Shown: piece after piece, positions 1-11,500 of the stretch
How the letters are laid out: every line of letters starts with the position of its first letter
Numbering within the stretch: the first letter of the stretch is position 1
Assembly (NCBI RefSeq): GCF_963921235.1
Contig: NC_086116.1
Location: 23,870,001 to 23,934,000 of the forward strand
Length of the DNA: 64,000 nucleotides
Source of the DNA: Mobula hypostoma
Taxonomy: Eukaryota
Reading direction: 5' to 3'
The notes under the pieces: generated by a model
The model's database searches: none
Told to the model about the DNA's origin: nothing
Seen by the model: only the letters and a program-made list of their open reading frames with translations
Translations under genes and position numbers: made by a program

Positions 1-204
1 ATCCAGTATGTGGCTTACATGAAATGAGAAACAAAAGTTTTGAACATGGCTGCTCCAATAGCACAGCATTTTCAGAGATTTACCAGCTTTGATACAGGAA
101 TGGAATAGGCCGGTAATGCCTTTCTCACCATTCTCCCACATTGCATGTGATACTTAAAACTAACTTTAAGATCTAGAATTAAACAAATTGTCACATGAAG
201 AGCA

Positions 205-590
205 TCTCATTCAGAAGAATGAGGGGCGACCTAATTGAAACCTATGAAATGGTGAAAGGCTTTGATAGAGTGGCTACTTCCTTTGGAGGGAGTTTCCAAG
301 ACCAGAAGACTCAGAATAGAGGGGAACCTTTTAGAATGGAGATTAAGAGGAATTTCTTTAGCCAGAGAGAACTGAATCTGTGGAATTTGTTGCCTGTGGA
401 GGCCAAGCTTTATTTATACTTAAGGCAGATGTTGGTAGATTCTTGATTGGTCAGGGCACGAAAAGGGATACAGGGAGAAGGCAGGAAATTGGAGTTGAGA
501 GGAAAAATGGATCAGCCATGGTGCAATGGCATTGCAGACTCCATGGGCTAAATGGCAAAATTCTGCTCCTGTATCTTATGGCCTATGTCT
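205..590 (+). mobile_element. CR1/L2-type LINE 3' fragment
   Basis: Encodes FRRMRGDLIETY..(N)FFSQR..NLWNLLP, the C-terminal LINE ORF2 motif, followed by the typical 3' tail; similar to copies at 37267-37790 and 54660-55200. Confidence 0.8.
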
Positions 591-1779
591 TATCACATCC
601 TTCATTGTACTGGAACTATTATGTCTCACCTTTATAGTCATTTAAACTACCTTTATTACATTTTCAGTTGTTAACAGGACGCAAAGGTCTCATAACACAC
701 AGAAGCTCTACACATTAGCAGATTCATCAGGGGCATATGTTTGCCCTAGAAGACAATCAGAACAAACAAAGCAAAGAAACTTGTTAAGGGGGGAGAAAAA
801 ACAAAGCACTTCTGAAGGTTCAATGCAGCAACTTCAATCAGCAAATGCAAGATGCACGTGAAAGGGCTTCCCATAAGAATTAATCTACTGTAGCTCTGGC
901 AGATTTTGTAAGTGAAACAAATTAAACAGCATCGAAAAATCTCAAGTCTGCAAATAAAACATGGCTCAAGGATCAGCAAGAATTGCTGTTCCAAATGTAA
1001 ACTTGCATAAAACATATTTAATGAAGAGATTTGCAGTACAGAATTCAAAACAAAACAAAATCTGATTAAGGGTATTTTTCATGGTACTTTGAATATGTAT
1101 TTATTAGACATCAATAAATGTAAACAGACTGCTACCAAAGCAAAGGTTACTACCTCACATCCATAGTCTCTATAACCGGTTAATTTCTAGAAATTACCAC
1201 TTTAAAATGCTTAACTTTTTGTAGGTTTTTTTGTAGCATTTATTTACACACACACCCATCATAAAAGATTCAGCTTTCAAGTTCAATAATGCAGTGTTAC
1301 TTCTAATAATAACCACGGGGTAAATTGGATTATTATCACACACCAGCCTGATGTAACTTATTTACTTGGTTTCACTTGATAATGGTCAAGGGAAATATAA
1401 TTAACATTATCAATCAATTGTCAAATGAGCTCTCGTGAGATATAAATGTACAAAATACTTCCAATGTAATGAGGCAACTGACTAAATTATTGATGAAATT
1501 GTCAGCAAAATAATTACCATTTCACAACAAAAATTTTTACTAACTGTAAAATAAAGAGAAAGGAGCTATACTTCACTACAGTATTTAACATTAAAAAAAT
1601 TCATTAGTTTCAAAAGAAAATCAGAATAAAATTTTATGCAAGATTTATTTGATACTTTCCCCGAATAGACATCTTTCATCTTTAGATCTGGTTAACTGGA
1701 CTCAAAATTAATGATTTTTTTCTTGAGAATTTTCCACACTTATCAAGCCATATATTTATTTAAATGGCTGATTTTTTAA

Positions 1780-2211
1780 AGAAATCTTTGCAGGAAGAAG
1801 TAGATAAACCTTTAATGATTAGCAAATCAAAACAAATGCATACACTGCAATTCTCTGCAGTAAAGGGAGGCAATGAGTCAAGCTGTCATTCAGTGAATGC
1901 CGCCCACAATTACTTCACGCTGCCATACCATTCTGAGAGAGCTAAATCTCAATGTGATCTCCAGAGACACAAGGCTGCAGTATGCTACTTTGATGAGATA
2001 TTTTCAGAAGCTTATTGATTTCTTGGTTTATAGAAGCAACAGCAGCCTACTGAAATCCACTCATTGTATACGTTAAAACAATAATAGTCGAAGCAAATCT
2101 TGCTCAAAGCATTAGACCCAAAGCAATCGTGAAACTCTTCACTATATTCTGCTAGCAAAGGATCAATTCTAAATGGCCCACATACAGATTTGGTTTTGGT
2201 TTCCAGCCAAG
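1780..2211 (+). promoter_or_regulatory. Candidate GPR22 5' non-coding exon / promoter region
   Basis: Non-repetitive block ending in a strong donor CCAAG|GTAAGA (2211/2212), upstream of the GPR22 acceptor at 7370-7371; the 5' boundary is a guess. Confidence 0.3.
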
Positions 2212-5200
2212 GTAAGATTTGTTCATTTTTCTAGTAATTAGTTGTTTTATTAATTTTGTTATAACAATTTTAATGAAATTCTGAAAAATAATTTACTTTT
2301 CCTTATTTGAAATAAAAAGCATTTTAATACATTTATTCATAATATATCTAGAAATACTAATTTTATTACTGTGCAGTGAATGGCTTCCCATAAATCAAGG
2401 ACACATGCAAAACGTTCAGAAAAAGTGAAACAAACTGAATCTAAATCGTCAGTTTTAGCTGCTCTTTGAATTGACAAACATTGCAGCATTTTTCTATTAT
2501 GCATTTTACTTTATACATAATTAATTTCTATATAAACATACTTCAATTAGTTCTAAATTTATTTGAATACATTATCTGTAGCTGGAATGTGAAGCCATTT
2601 TGTGCTTTAAATTGATTACAGAGGTCAGAACTAAATACAAATCAACCCTCACTAGCTCTGAAGAACTAGCTCTGTCCAATACAATTTACTGGGAACAAGC
2701 AATTCAGAAGCAGTAAATATGATTTGTCCAGGTCTGCTTTCTCGCTCATCTTTAAAGGCAATCTGAAAATTATTCAGTAGGTCTCAATATGAATCAAGTC
2801 ATCAAATGATTCTGGCAGAAATTCAAAGATCACATCTTTGATGCCACGTATGAGCCACTATTTATTCTAAGCAAACTGAATTTCAATTCACACAATAAAA
2901 GCGAGGAGCTTGCTTAAACTGCCCCACGATTTAAAATAACATGTTAATTCTGAAATTATGATGAAACCTAATTCAATCTGAAAAGATTTACCATCTAGTC
3001 TGATCTCTGGTCTAATAGTAAAAAGGCATCAAGAATAGTATCATCCACACTGCTGCTTTACCAAATGCCCCTTGAGGTGCTATTTAAAAATGACAACAGT
3101 TGAAAAGCACTAAAAGTGTAGAAATCAAAATGCAATCAACATTTCTGATAAAGGGTCATCAATCTGAAATGTTAACAGTATTTCTCTTTCTATCATTTTT
3201 AATTCAAATGGTTTATTCAAACAGTTTACATAATTTTGTTGACATTGCTTACATTTCAAACACAAAAATTAATCATGCACCTTGTTATTTAACTTCCCTT
3301 TGAATTTCATTAGAGGAAAAACAAAATGTATATGGAGCACTGAAGAACAGTATAGGAAAACAATTTTACCTATTAATGCAAGAAACAAATAGCAAAGAAG
3401 GTGCTAAAATATATTGAAACTGCTCAGACTGTAAGTCAAGTATATAGCTCTTCCATGTCCTCCACTATATTAATACCACAAATCTTGTCAGATCTAGTCA
3501 TTGTTTGGTGTTTCTCTGGTGTGAATCTTACTTGCCACTTACCAGTCAATGCCCAAAATATTATCTAGGTTTTGCTGCATGCAGTTATGAATCGCTTCAT
3601 TTGCTGAGGAGTTGCAAAACAAATTGAAGATGGTATTGAACACTGTGTAGTCATCTTCAAGGACCTTTCCTTCACAAGGTCAGACGAAGCAACTGAGAAT
3701 GGTTGGCCCTAAGATACTGTTCTATTATGCCCAGGTCTGGGAAATTAATCTCTAATAACTACAACCATCTTCCTTTGTGTGAGGTATGATCCAAACACTG
3801 ACAGGATCTTGAGCCAATTGATCCAAGGAAAACCCAAACTATGTGGCACTATATACTATGCCCAACAGACGGCAGAATCATTCTCTCTTTAAACATTTAA
3901 CACCAATATTCCCTTCTACTTATCCTTTTGTGTTTTACTTTTTCCATGTTGCTTATATGATAAATACAACCACATACACTAAAATGTGGCATATTTACTT
4001 TATAAAGCATCAAAATCCCAAGGAACAGTTTACATTGAAAATGTAGCTATTTAACACTCATCATTTAACTAGCCAAATAAAGATGCAGTGTGAATTCCCT
4101 TTCTGGAGATATTACAGATGCAGTACCTAATATTACAGAATAAACGTTAGCTCTAATCAATTCCTGATTTGAAACTGTCTACTGCATTGATAGTGATGCA
4201 GGCAGTGTCTTGTTTTGCCTATTTAATAATCATGCATTTGTGAAGGGGAACTTCGTTACATATCAAATCCAGTCGAAGAAACAACCAGGATTTACTATTT
4301 GGTATTTACTTATAACAAACACATCATACTAAATCTGATACTTTTCATCAACTCCGGTTCAATCAAAAACCGGTTAAATAACTGAATAGTAAATCTGTGA
4401 AGAATCTATGTTTATTTAGAAATAATTACACAAATGCAATCCTCATGGCAAATAAAGGTCCATTCTACTAAATCTGTAAATAGATTTTCACTTTAAAAAA
4501 CAACTTTTACACTTACAGTGCAATAAATTAGTGGATTTTTGTGATCAGGAAAGTGTACATTAGCCAATACTGACAAATTTTATTGTAATCATTTCTTTTT
4601 TGTTTTAAGAACTGAAACATTGTATTCTGAATTATATGAAAATATCATAACCTATGGAGCAAACACAATTATACTACTTTGTTTAGTCATTTGGATATAC
4701 ACAGAAACAAGAACACTCATCGATCAGCACTAAAAGGGGTCACTGTAGCATTATATATGGAAACATTATTAATAGGCTGTTGTGCTGTGTACAAGGTGGG
4801 AAGCACTGCCCGCCTGCTACTGTGAGTTGTTGATCCAGAAGGTGACGAGAGACTCCAGAAGGCTCAACTCCTTGTGGACACTGCTGAAATAAAATAGTCC
4901 TAAGGCTTTGTGTAGAATGAGCCACTTAGATGATGTTTAGAGGCTGCCAGTGAGAGCTGACTTTGTGCAGACTGGAGTGAAGCAATGTGAAAGATGCAGG
5001 CTCAGGGTTTCATCCTGGCCAGCATGGACTGTGCTGATGTTTGGTAGAATTGCCCAGGCCAACAGTCTCTCTCATCACCTTACTATTGGATAACACTGAA
5101 GGCCTAGAGTTTGCTTTGTGGTAACAAGGTCAATGGTCAATAATCGCCACTGAGCTAGTTACCAAGGCAAATTTTTGCACTGAGGTAAACTGGCCAACCG

Positions 5201-5378
5201 AGGGGAAGAGAACAGCTTCCATCACATTCATGAAAACCAAAAGGATAGAGCTAGCTTCTCAGTACAGAGAACAGCCAGTGCTAGTCTCCAGCTCTCATCA
5301 TGCCTACCATAATAATGGCCTAAGTCCACTGTCCAGTGACTCCTCCAGGACACAGCAGTCACCCAAACCACCCCATTC

Positions 5379-6027
5379 CAACCTTCATAGGCATCCTGTG
5401 TACACCGCTTCGATGTGCTTTGGTCCACACCAATCTATGCAGCAAAGTGAAATATGAGCAATCAGCAAAGGCTCATCTGGAAGAGCAGCCTACAGCGCAA
5501 GCAGATATCTTTTTCTCTTAAAAAGAAAAAATGCCAGCAAGTACTAATCAGTGAATTTCGATTCCAGAATCATGAGGACTAGAACAAATTAGTGCTGTGG
5601 GTAGGCACCAAGCGTAATGCCAACAAACACAAACAGCTGTCAAGAAAAGTTACTTCTTTTTCATGCATAGATTTTCCAAACTCTGGTTCTGAATAAAGAA
5701 TACAAGCAGTTGTAACTATTCATCCTCTCACTCCTGTTTCAACAGTAAACAAAACCATTGTAGATCATTTACTTAATACTGTAGCCACTTTGCTGTATTA
5801 ACTCTACATCCCTTGATTCCTTCAATACCAAAAAACAGCTCTCAATCATATCCAAAGATCAACAGCAAGCTAGGTGAAGAAACTTCTTCTCATCTGCCTG
5901 AAATATCCACCCTCTTCCAGGTGAGCCCTTGCTGATTGCTCATATTCCAGCAAGGTGATCACTTTGCTGTACAGGTCAGTGTGGACCAAAGCACTGAAGC
6001 CGTGTACACAGGGTGCTTACGAGGTTG
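5379..6027. repeat. ~110-bp inverted repeat (5379-5485 / 5912-6027) with ~425-bp spacer
   Basis: GTGTACAC..GTGCTTTGGTCCACAC..CAGCAAAGTGA..AATATGAGCAATCAGCAA.GGCTCA.CTGGAAGAG is matched by its reverse complement, with scattered mismatches and one ~10-nt indel. Confidence 0.8.
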
Positions 6028-7420
6028 TAATTTGTAGTTCTACACACCCAAGCCAGGGGAAAAAAAAACAGCTCTGCATTCTTCTAAACTCTATATTATT
6101 GGCCAAGTCTACTTACTTTCCTTTTCATACAAAATCTCAAAATCCCAGGAATCAACCTGATAAATTTTCACTGTACTCCTTTTACTGCAAATAGATCTTT
6201 CCTAAATTTGATACACCATACCCCTACACAATATGTCCATTCAAATCAATGGACCTACTGATCTCAAGCAATTGCAAGGGTTGCAACACTTGTCCTATTA
6301 CTTCTTCCCTTCCCTTCACTGAAGGACCCAAACCTGCAATTCTTCTCATTTCTCAGTTAGTGTACTGAATTTGCCGTTCATAATGTAGTCTGCTGTACAG
6401 TGGAAAGATGAAGCTGCAGGGGTGACTCAAAGCTCCCCTTTGCTTTTCACCTGAATTTTTCATCCTCCTCCATCTCTGACTGACGACTATGACCTCCTGC
6501 AAGGTCATAATAAAGCCCAATTTAAGCCTGAGGGATAGCACCTCATCTGCTATCTAGACACATTATAATCTTCAGGACTCAATGCTGTATTCTTTGATTT
6601 CAGGAAATCAGCTTTCTTTACCTATATCAAAACTGGCCATTCTCTGCTGCAGGTCATCCCACCATAACATTCACTCAATTTTTCTCTCTTCATTACCACA
6701 TTATCACAATCTGACCTTCTGGATGCATGCTAGATGCTGTATTTAATTACTTTTACATTCCTTTGTTTGTATTCTCTCTAACTGATCTTACATTGGAGCT
6801 TTTGTTCACTTTCTCTCTCTCTACCAGTTTTCATTAACCCATCAAATAGTATCAACTTGTCACTGTCACAGATCACTATTCACATTCTTGTCTCACTCGC
6901 TTTGCAATTTAAAACATTTTTCTTTCCTAATTCTGATGATCCAAACCCTTAACTGTTTCTCTTTTCGCAGACAACCTTTTCCAGCCATTTTTGTTTTAAT
7001 TACTCTTCCCGATGTAACCGAGTACTCAATCTGACTGCAAGTCGCCCAGTGCTCATGCTGAAGAAGTCTAGTATGCTCCTACTGCACCGTGGACTTCATT
7101 GAGTGCACAGCAGCTGAGTATAAGCTAGAATTCAATAGAACATTGAACTGCTACATTTGCATAGGAGTTATATAATTACAAGAAATTCTGGGCAGCAAAC
7201 ACAAAAAAAACCTTCAGCAAGACTGCTTGAAATTTTGTGATTTGGAAACAAAATCGATAAAGGCTGCATGTGTAGAGTGAAATTACAAAAAAAAGGAAAT
7301 ATTTTTGTAATCAATTTATTTGCTAGTTTAAAAAAAAAAGTAGAATTTAATATTCTTGTTTACATTTTCAGGACTGATCATCTGCAAAGAATCTGTTTCC
7401 TTTCCACTATACAAGCCGCC

Positions 7421-8578
7421 ATGCAATCGGAAATTAATCTGACAGTTAGTGATGAGATACATCATATTGATGATTACCCATCAAGTTTTCAAGCATTTCT
7501 TACTGGATTTTTGATACTGGAAATTGTGTTGGGACTCAGCAGCAATTTGACAGTACTGGGACTTTACTGTATGAAGTCAAACCTTATTAATTCAGTCAGT
7601 AATATTATCACTATGAACTTGCATATACTGGATGCTGTAATATGTGTTGGATGCATTCCCCTTACAGTAATTGTCACTCTCCTTTCATTAGAGGAAAGAG
7701 CTTTGATCTGTAATTTTCATGAAGCTTGCATTTCTTTTACTAGTGTAGCAACATCAGCAAATGTCCTTGCAATCACTTTGGATCGTTACGATATTTCTGT
7801 GAAGCCAGCAAATCGGATTTTGACAATGGGAAGAGCAATAACATTATTAACAACAGTATGGATTGCATCCTTTTCTGCATTTACGATCCCTTTCATTGAA
7901 GTCAATTTCTTTAATCTACACAATGATGAAAGCACCTGGCAAAATAAAACAATCTTATGTTTTAGTGTTAATGAATATCGCAATGACTTGGGAATATATT
8001 ACCATCTCTTAATTCAGATTCCCATCTTTTCTTTCACTGCTATTGCAATGTTGATAACCTACAGCAAAATTCTCCAAGCCTTGAACATCAAAATAGGTTC
8101 CAGATTTTCAACCAGGCAGAACAAAAGAAAAAGAAAGACAAATATTCCACTAAGTATACAACATGAAAATACTGATCAATCAGAAAATAGAAGACATAAC
8201 ATCAAACTAGGAGTAAGAACTTCAGTTTCTGTAATAATCGCTCTAAGAAGAGTTGTCAAGCAGCATCGAGAAAGGCGGGAAAGACAAAAAAGGGTTTTCC
8301 GCATGTCTCTTTTAATTATTTCAACGTTTCTCATTTGTTGGACACCACTGTCAATTTTAAATACTGTTATAATATGTAAAGGTTTAAGTGAGGGCATGGT
8401 AAAATTAAGACTCTGCTTTCTAATTCTTGCTTATGGCACAACTATATTCCATCCTTTACTATATGCATTTGCACGACAGAAATTCCAAAAAGTCCTCAGG
8501 AGTAAAATGAAGAAGAGAGTGGTCTCAGTTGTTGAGGCTGATCCATTCCCTAAAGATGCAGCAATTCACAACTCCTAG
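7421..8578 (+). CDS. GPR22: G protein-coupled receptor 22 (385 aa from the MQSE start), nested antisense in COG5 intron 6
   Basis: Class A 7TM protein with SNLTVL..YCMKSNLINSVSNIITMNLH, TLDRYDISVKPANRILTMGRA, RERRERQKRVFRMSLLIISTF, CWTP and FHPLLYAF, matching GPR22; splice acceptor TTTTCAG at 7365-7371; GCCGCCATG Kozak at 7415-7423. Confidence 0.95.
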   Translation: MQSEINLTVSDEIHHIDDYPSSFQAFLTGFLILEIVLGLSSNLTVLGLYCMKSNLINSVSNIITMNLHILDAVICVGCIPLTVIVTLLSLEERALICNFHEACISFTSVATSANVLAITLDRYDISVKPANRILTMGRAITLLTTVWIASFSAFTIPFIEVNFFNLHNDESTWQNKTILCFSVNEYRNDLGIYYHLLIQIPIFSFTAIAMLITYSKILQALNIKIGSRFSTRQNKRKRKTNIPLSIQHENTDQSENRRHNIKLGVRTSVSVIIALRRVVKQHRERRERQKRVFRMSLLIISTFLICWTPLSILNTVIICKGLSEGMVKLRLCFLILAYGTTIFHPLLYAFARQKFQKVLRSKMKKRVVSVVEADPFPKDAAIHNS

Positions 8579-9027
8579 CTAGACCACAAGAAAAACAATA
8601 AAAATACCCTCCTTCAGATATTAAAAATAACAAGTATGAACCAACAACTTTTGATCAGAATATGAAAACAAGCTGTTTTAGTTGGAAAGATCTGTAAAAT
8701 GGTTAATAGTATATATATCTCGACCCATAATTAAAATACCAAGGTTATTTGAAAATCAAATAATATTCCTGACTTGTAAATATCACTTAATTATAATTGT
8801 GCATCATGTAACTAGTACAAATGTTGTAAAGCTGATTATTCCAGTCAACTTATTTCACCTGTCGCTTCATACCATTATGAATTAAATCATTTAGACTATA
8901 ATATTTTTCATTGTGATTCATTGTCAAATTCTATCTTGAAAAAAACATTGAGAATCTAAAGCTAGCAAGAGGAATGGTTTAAAGCAAGAAAACAAAACAA
9001 AGAACAATTCCAAAAGTAATCTTCCAG

Positions 9028-9380
9028 TCAGCACAATGGTGCAGCTAACAGAGCTGTTGCCTCAGCATCAGAGACCCAGGTGCAATCCTCATGTTAGATG
9101 TATATTCCCCTGTGATATCATAGGTTTTGTGTGGATATTCATGTTTCCTTCCACATTCCAAGGACTGCTGGTTGGTAGGTTAATTGGTCCATGTAAATTC
9201 CACCTAGTATTTAGGTAAGTGGTAGAGTCTGTGGGTACTTGATGAAAATGTGGGGAGAATAGGACATGGGATTTATGCAGGAATAGTGAAGCGGAGTAGT
9301 GAAGTGAATCACAGGAATAGTAATGGTTGGCATGAACTCAGCAGGCTAAAGAATCTATTCCCATGTTGTATCTCTCTATG
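9028..9380 (+). mobile_element. HE1/V-SINE-like tRNA-derived SINE (degenerate)
   Basis: tRNA-like head, central ..TTTCCTTCCACATTCCAAGG..GTAGGTTAATTGG..TGTAAATT core and LINE-like tail; related to 53020-53290. Confidence 0.6.
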
Positions 9381-9829
9381 ATTTAGGCTCAGCAGAGTTT
9401 ATTTTAGGAATCATTGCAGTTATTAATAACCCTGCTTTCCAGTTAGTGGCTCACAAGATGAAATTCCATTCCTCTGCATTATCTTTAATATATGAAATTT
9501 AAAGATTACAATAAGTTTTTCCAAAGGGAAAATTGCTCTCAATTAATATGAATTTTGAGCGCCTTTATCAGATTAAATGATCATACTTCTTGGTACAGTT
9601 TACATAATCTTGACTTGGACAAAATGATTGTGGTGTTTTTCTACATCAAAGTAAATGTGTTTCATAAACTGGAAGCTCTTCTTTTGAAGTATTAGGAAGG
9701 CATATAAGATATGAAATATTTAAAGCTATATCTGAAAGAGTGAGAGAGGGGTTCTCTATCAAAGATCCTGTAAACTTCATCATTGTAAATCATAGAATAT
9801 GACAGTTTCACACATTACAAACTAGGACA

Positions 9830-10580
9830 ACACCAAAACAGGCCACGGTGTCTATGCCGAACATAAAGTCAAATTAAATTATTCCCATCTGGCTGCCCCT
9901 AATCCATATCCTCCCATTCCTTGCATGTTCATGTGCCTGCTTAAATTTCTCTAAAAAAGTCACTAATGTATCTGCCTCCATCATGCCCTCGAGCAACTCT
10001 TTATGCAAATAATTTGCCTCCAATATCTTCCTAAACTTCTCCCTCTTACCTTAAAGCTATGCCCTCTAGGATATGACATTCCTAGATAAAAAGATTTATG
10101 GCATCATAAATTTTATAAACTTCTATCAGATCTCGCTTCAGCCTCCAACACTCAAGAGAAAACAATCCCAAGTTTGTCCAATCTCTGCTTATGGATAATA
10201 TTGTTTAATTCAGCCAACATCCTAGTAAGTATCTTCTGTACATTCTCAAAACCTCTACATCCTTACTGAAATGTAGCAACTAGAAATGTACACAAGACTC
10301 CGAATGCAACCTAACCAACGTTTTATTTAGCTGCAACATTACTTCCTGACTCTTCTACTGAGCACTCGACTGATAAAGGCAGGTCTGCCATATTCCTTCT
10401 GTATCATTCTTTTGAAATGTAGCCACTTCCAGAGAGCTTGCAACCAAGATCTCTTTTTGCAACAATGTTCCAAAGGGTCCTGCCATTTACTGTATAATTT
10501 CTTTTTACATTTGACCTCCAAAGTGCAACACCCACACTTGCCTGGATTACCCCCTATCTATTTTTCCACCCACACCTCCA
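9830..10580 (-). mobile_element. Degenerate CR1/L2 LINE 3' fragment
   Basis: Reverse-strand similarity to the LINE ORF2 3' region seen elsewhere in the window; boundaries approximate. Confidence 0.6.
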
Positions 10581-10959
10581 ACGATCTACATCCTGCTGGA
10601 AATGAGAAAAGAAAGGCAAGCTAGATCATGCCATGTAATAATCAACATATTGCCTAAACCTCCTGTTGTTGGGCTAACTTGTTCTCTTAATGCATGGTTC
10701 TTATTCCCTTATGATAGAGGACAAGGCCTGTAACATTGAATAAATGCCAGTTGTCACAGCAAGAACATAAATACTCTTCCCTCACTATTTCCTTCTAAAC
10801 TCTTTGGCTATTAACACCACTTGATTTTCCTAATATCCAACTACACTGGGGATATTTACGAGAGCCATTAAAACATTCTTGGGGCATGGGAGAAAATCTG
10901 AAATGCTCAGTTTCCACCCATATGTCCACGGGGAGAAAATGCACATTCTATACAGACAG

Positions 10960-11500
10960 AAACTAAGGTTGATTGACAAGGAGACAGGTGGGGGAGGAAA
11001 GGTTGGAGAGAGCAACAGAGGCTACGATTGATAAATGGAAGGCATCAGATTATGGAATCTTGAGAAGAAAGGAGGGTGAAGAGAGGAAACAAGTAAGGAA
11101 GGGTGGTCAGTATATTAGCATAGTGATAGAAAGGGGACAGGAGAGCAAGCGGTAGGGATGTGTGGATGATGTAACAGATGGAATAGGTGGGGAAGGGGAA
11201 AGAAACTGATTCCTTGGGGGTAGGGGAAAGGAGATATGTTATTGGAGAGGACTTGAAAAGGGGGGTTATTTGAGAGGACCTGGAAAGACCAGAAAGGAAG
11301 AGAATGTGATAGAGTGAAAGGTTACCTGAAGCTGAAGCACTTAATGTTCATACTTTCATGTGTATTGCCTTGCCTTAGCAATGGAAGAAGCCACGGACAT
11401 ACAGGTTGGTATGGGAGTAGAAAGAAGAATTAAAATGGCTGGCAACTGGGAGCTCCGTATTAGCATTACAGACACAGTGCAGACACTGGGCAAGGCCTGG
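10960..11500 (-). mobile_element. Degenerate Penelope-like fragment
   Basis: Purine-rich tract followed by GAAGCCACGGACA..GGTATGGGAGTAG..GAATTAAAATGGCTGGCAACTGGGAG, similar to 18170-18290. Confidence 0.5.

Noticed and set aside
7162-7180. Possible editing-complementary sequence for the GPR22 TAG (TAGGAGTT...)
   Set aside because: Only an 8-nt perfect match with poor extension; expected by chance
7268-7420. 51-aa N-terminal extension of the GPR22 ORF in the ORF track
   Set aside because: It runs through A-runs and across a clear splice acceptor (7370-7371); it is intron/UTR sequence that happens to be open
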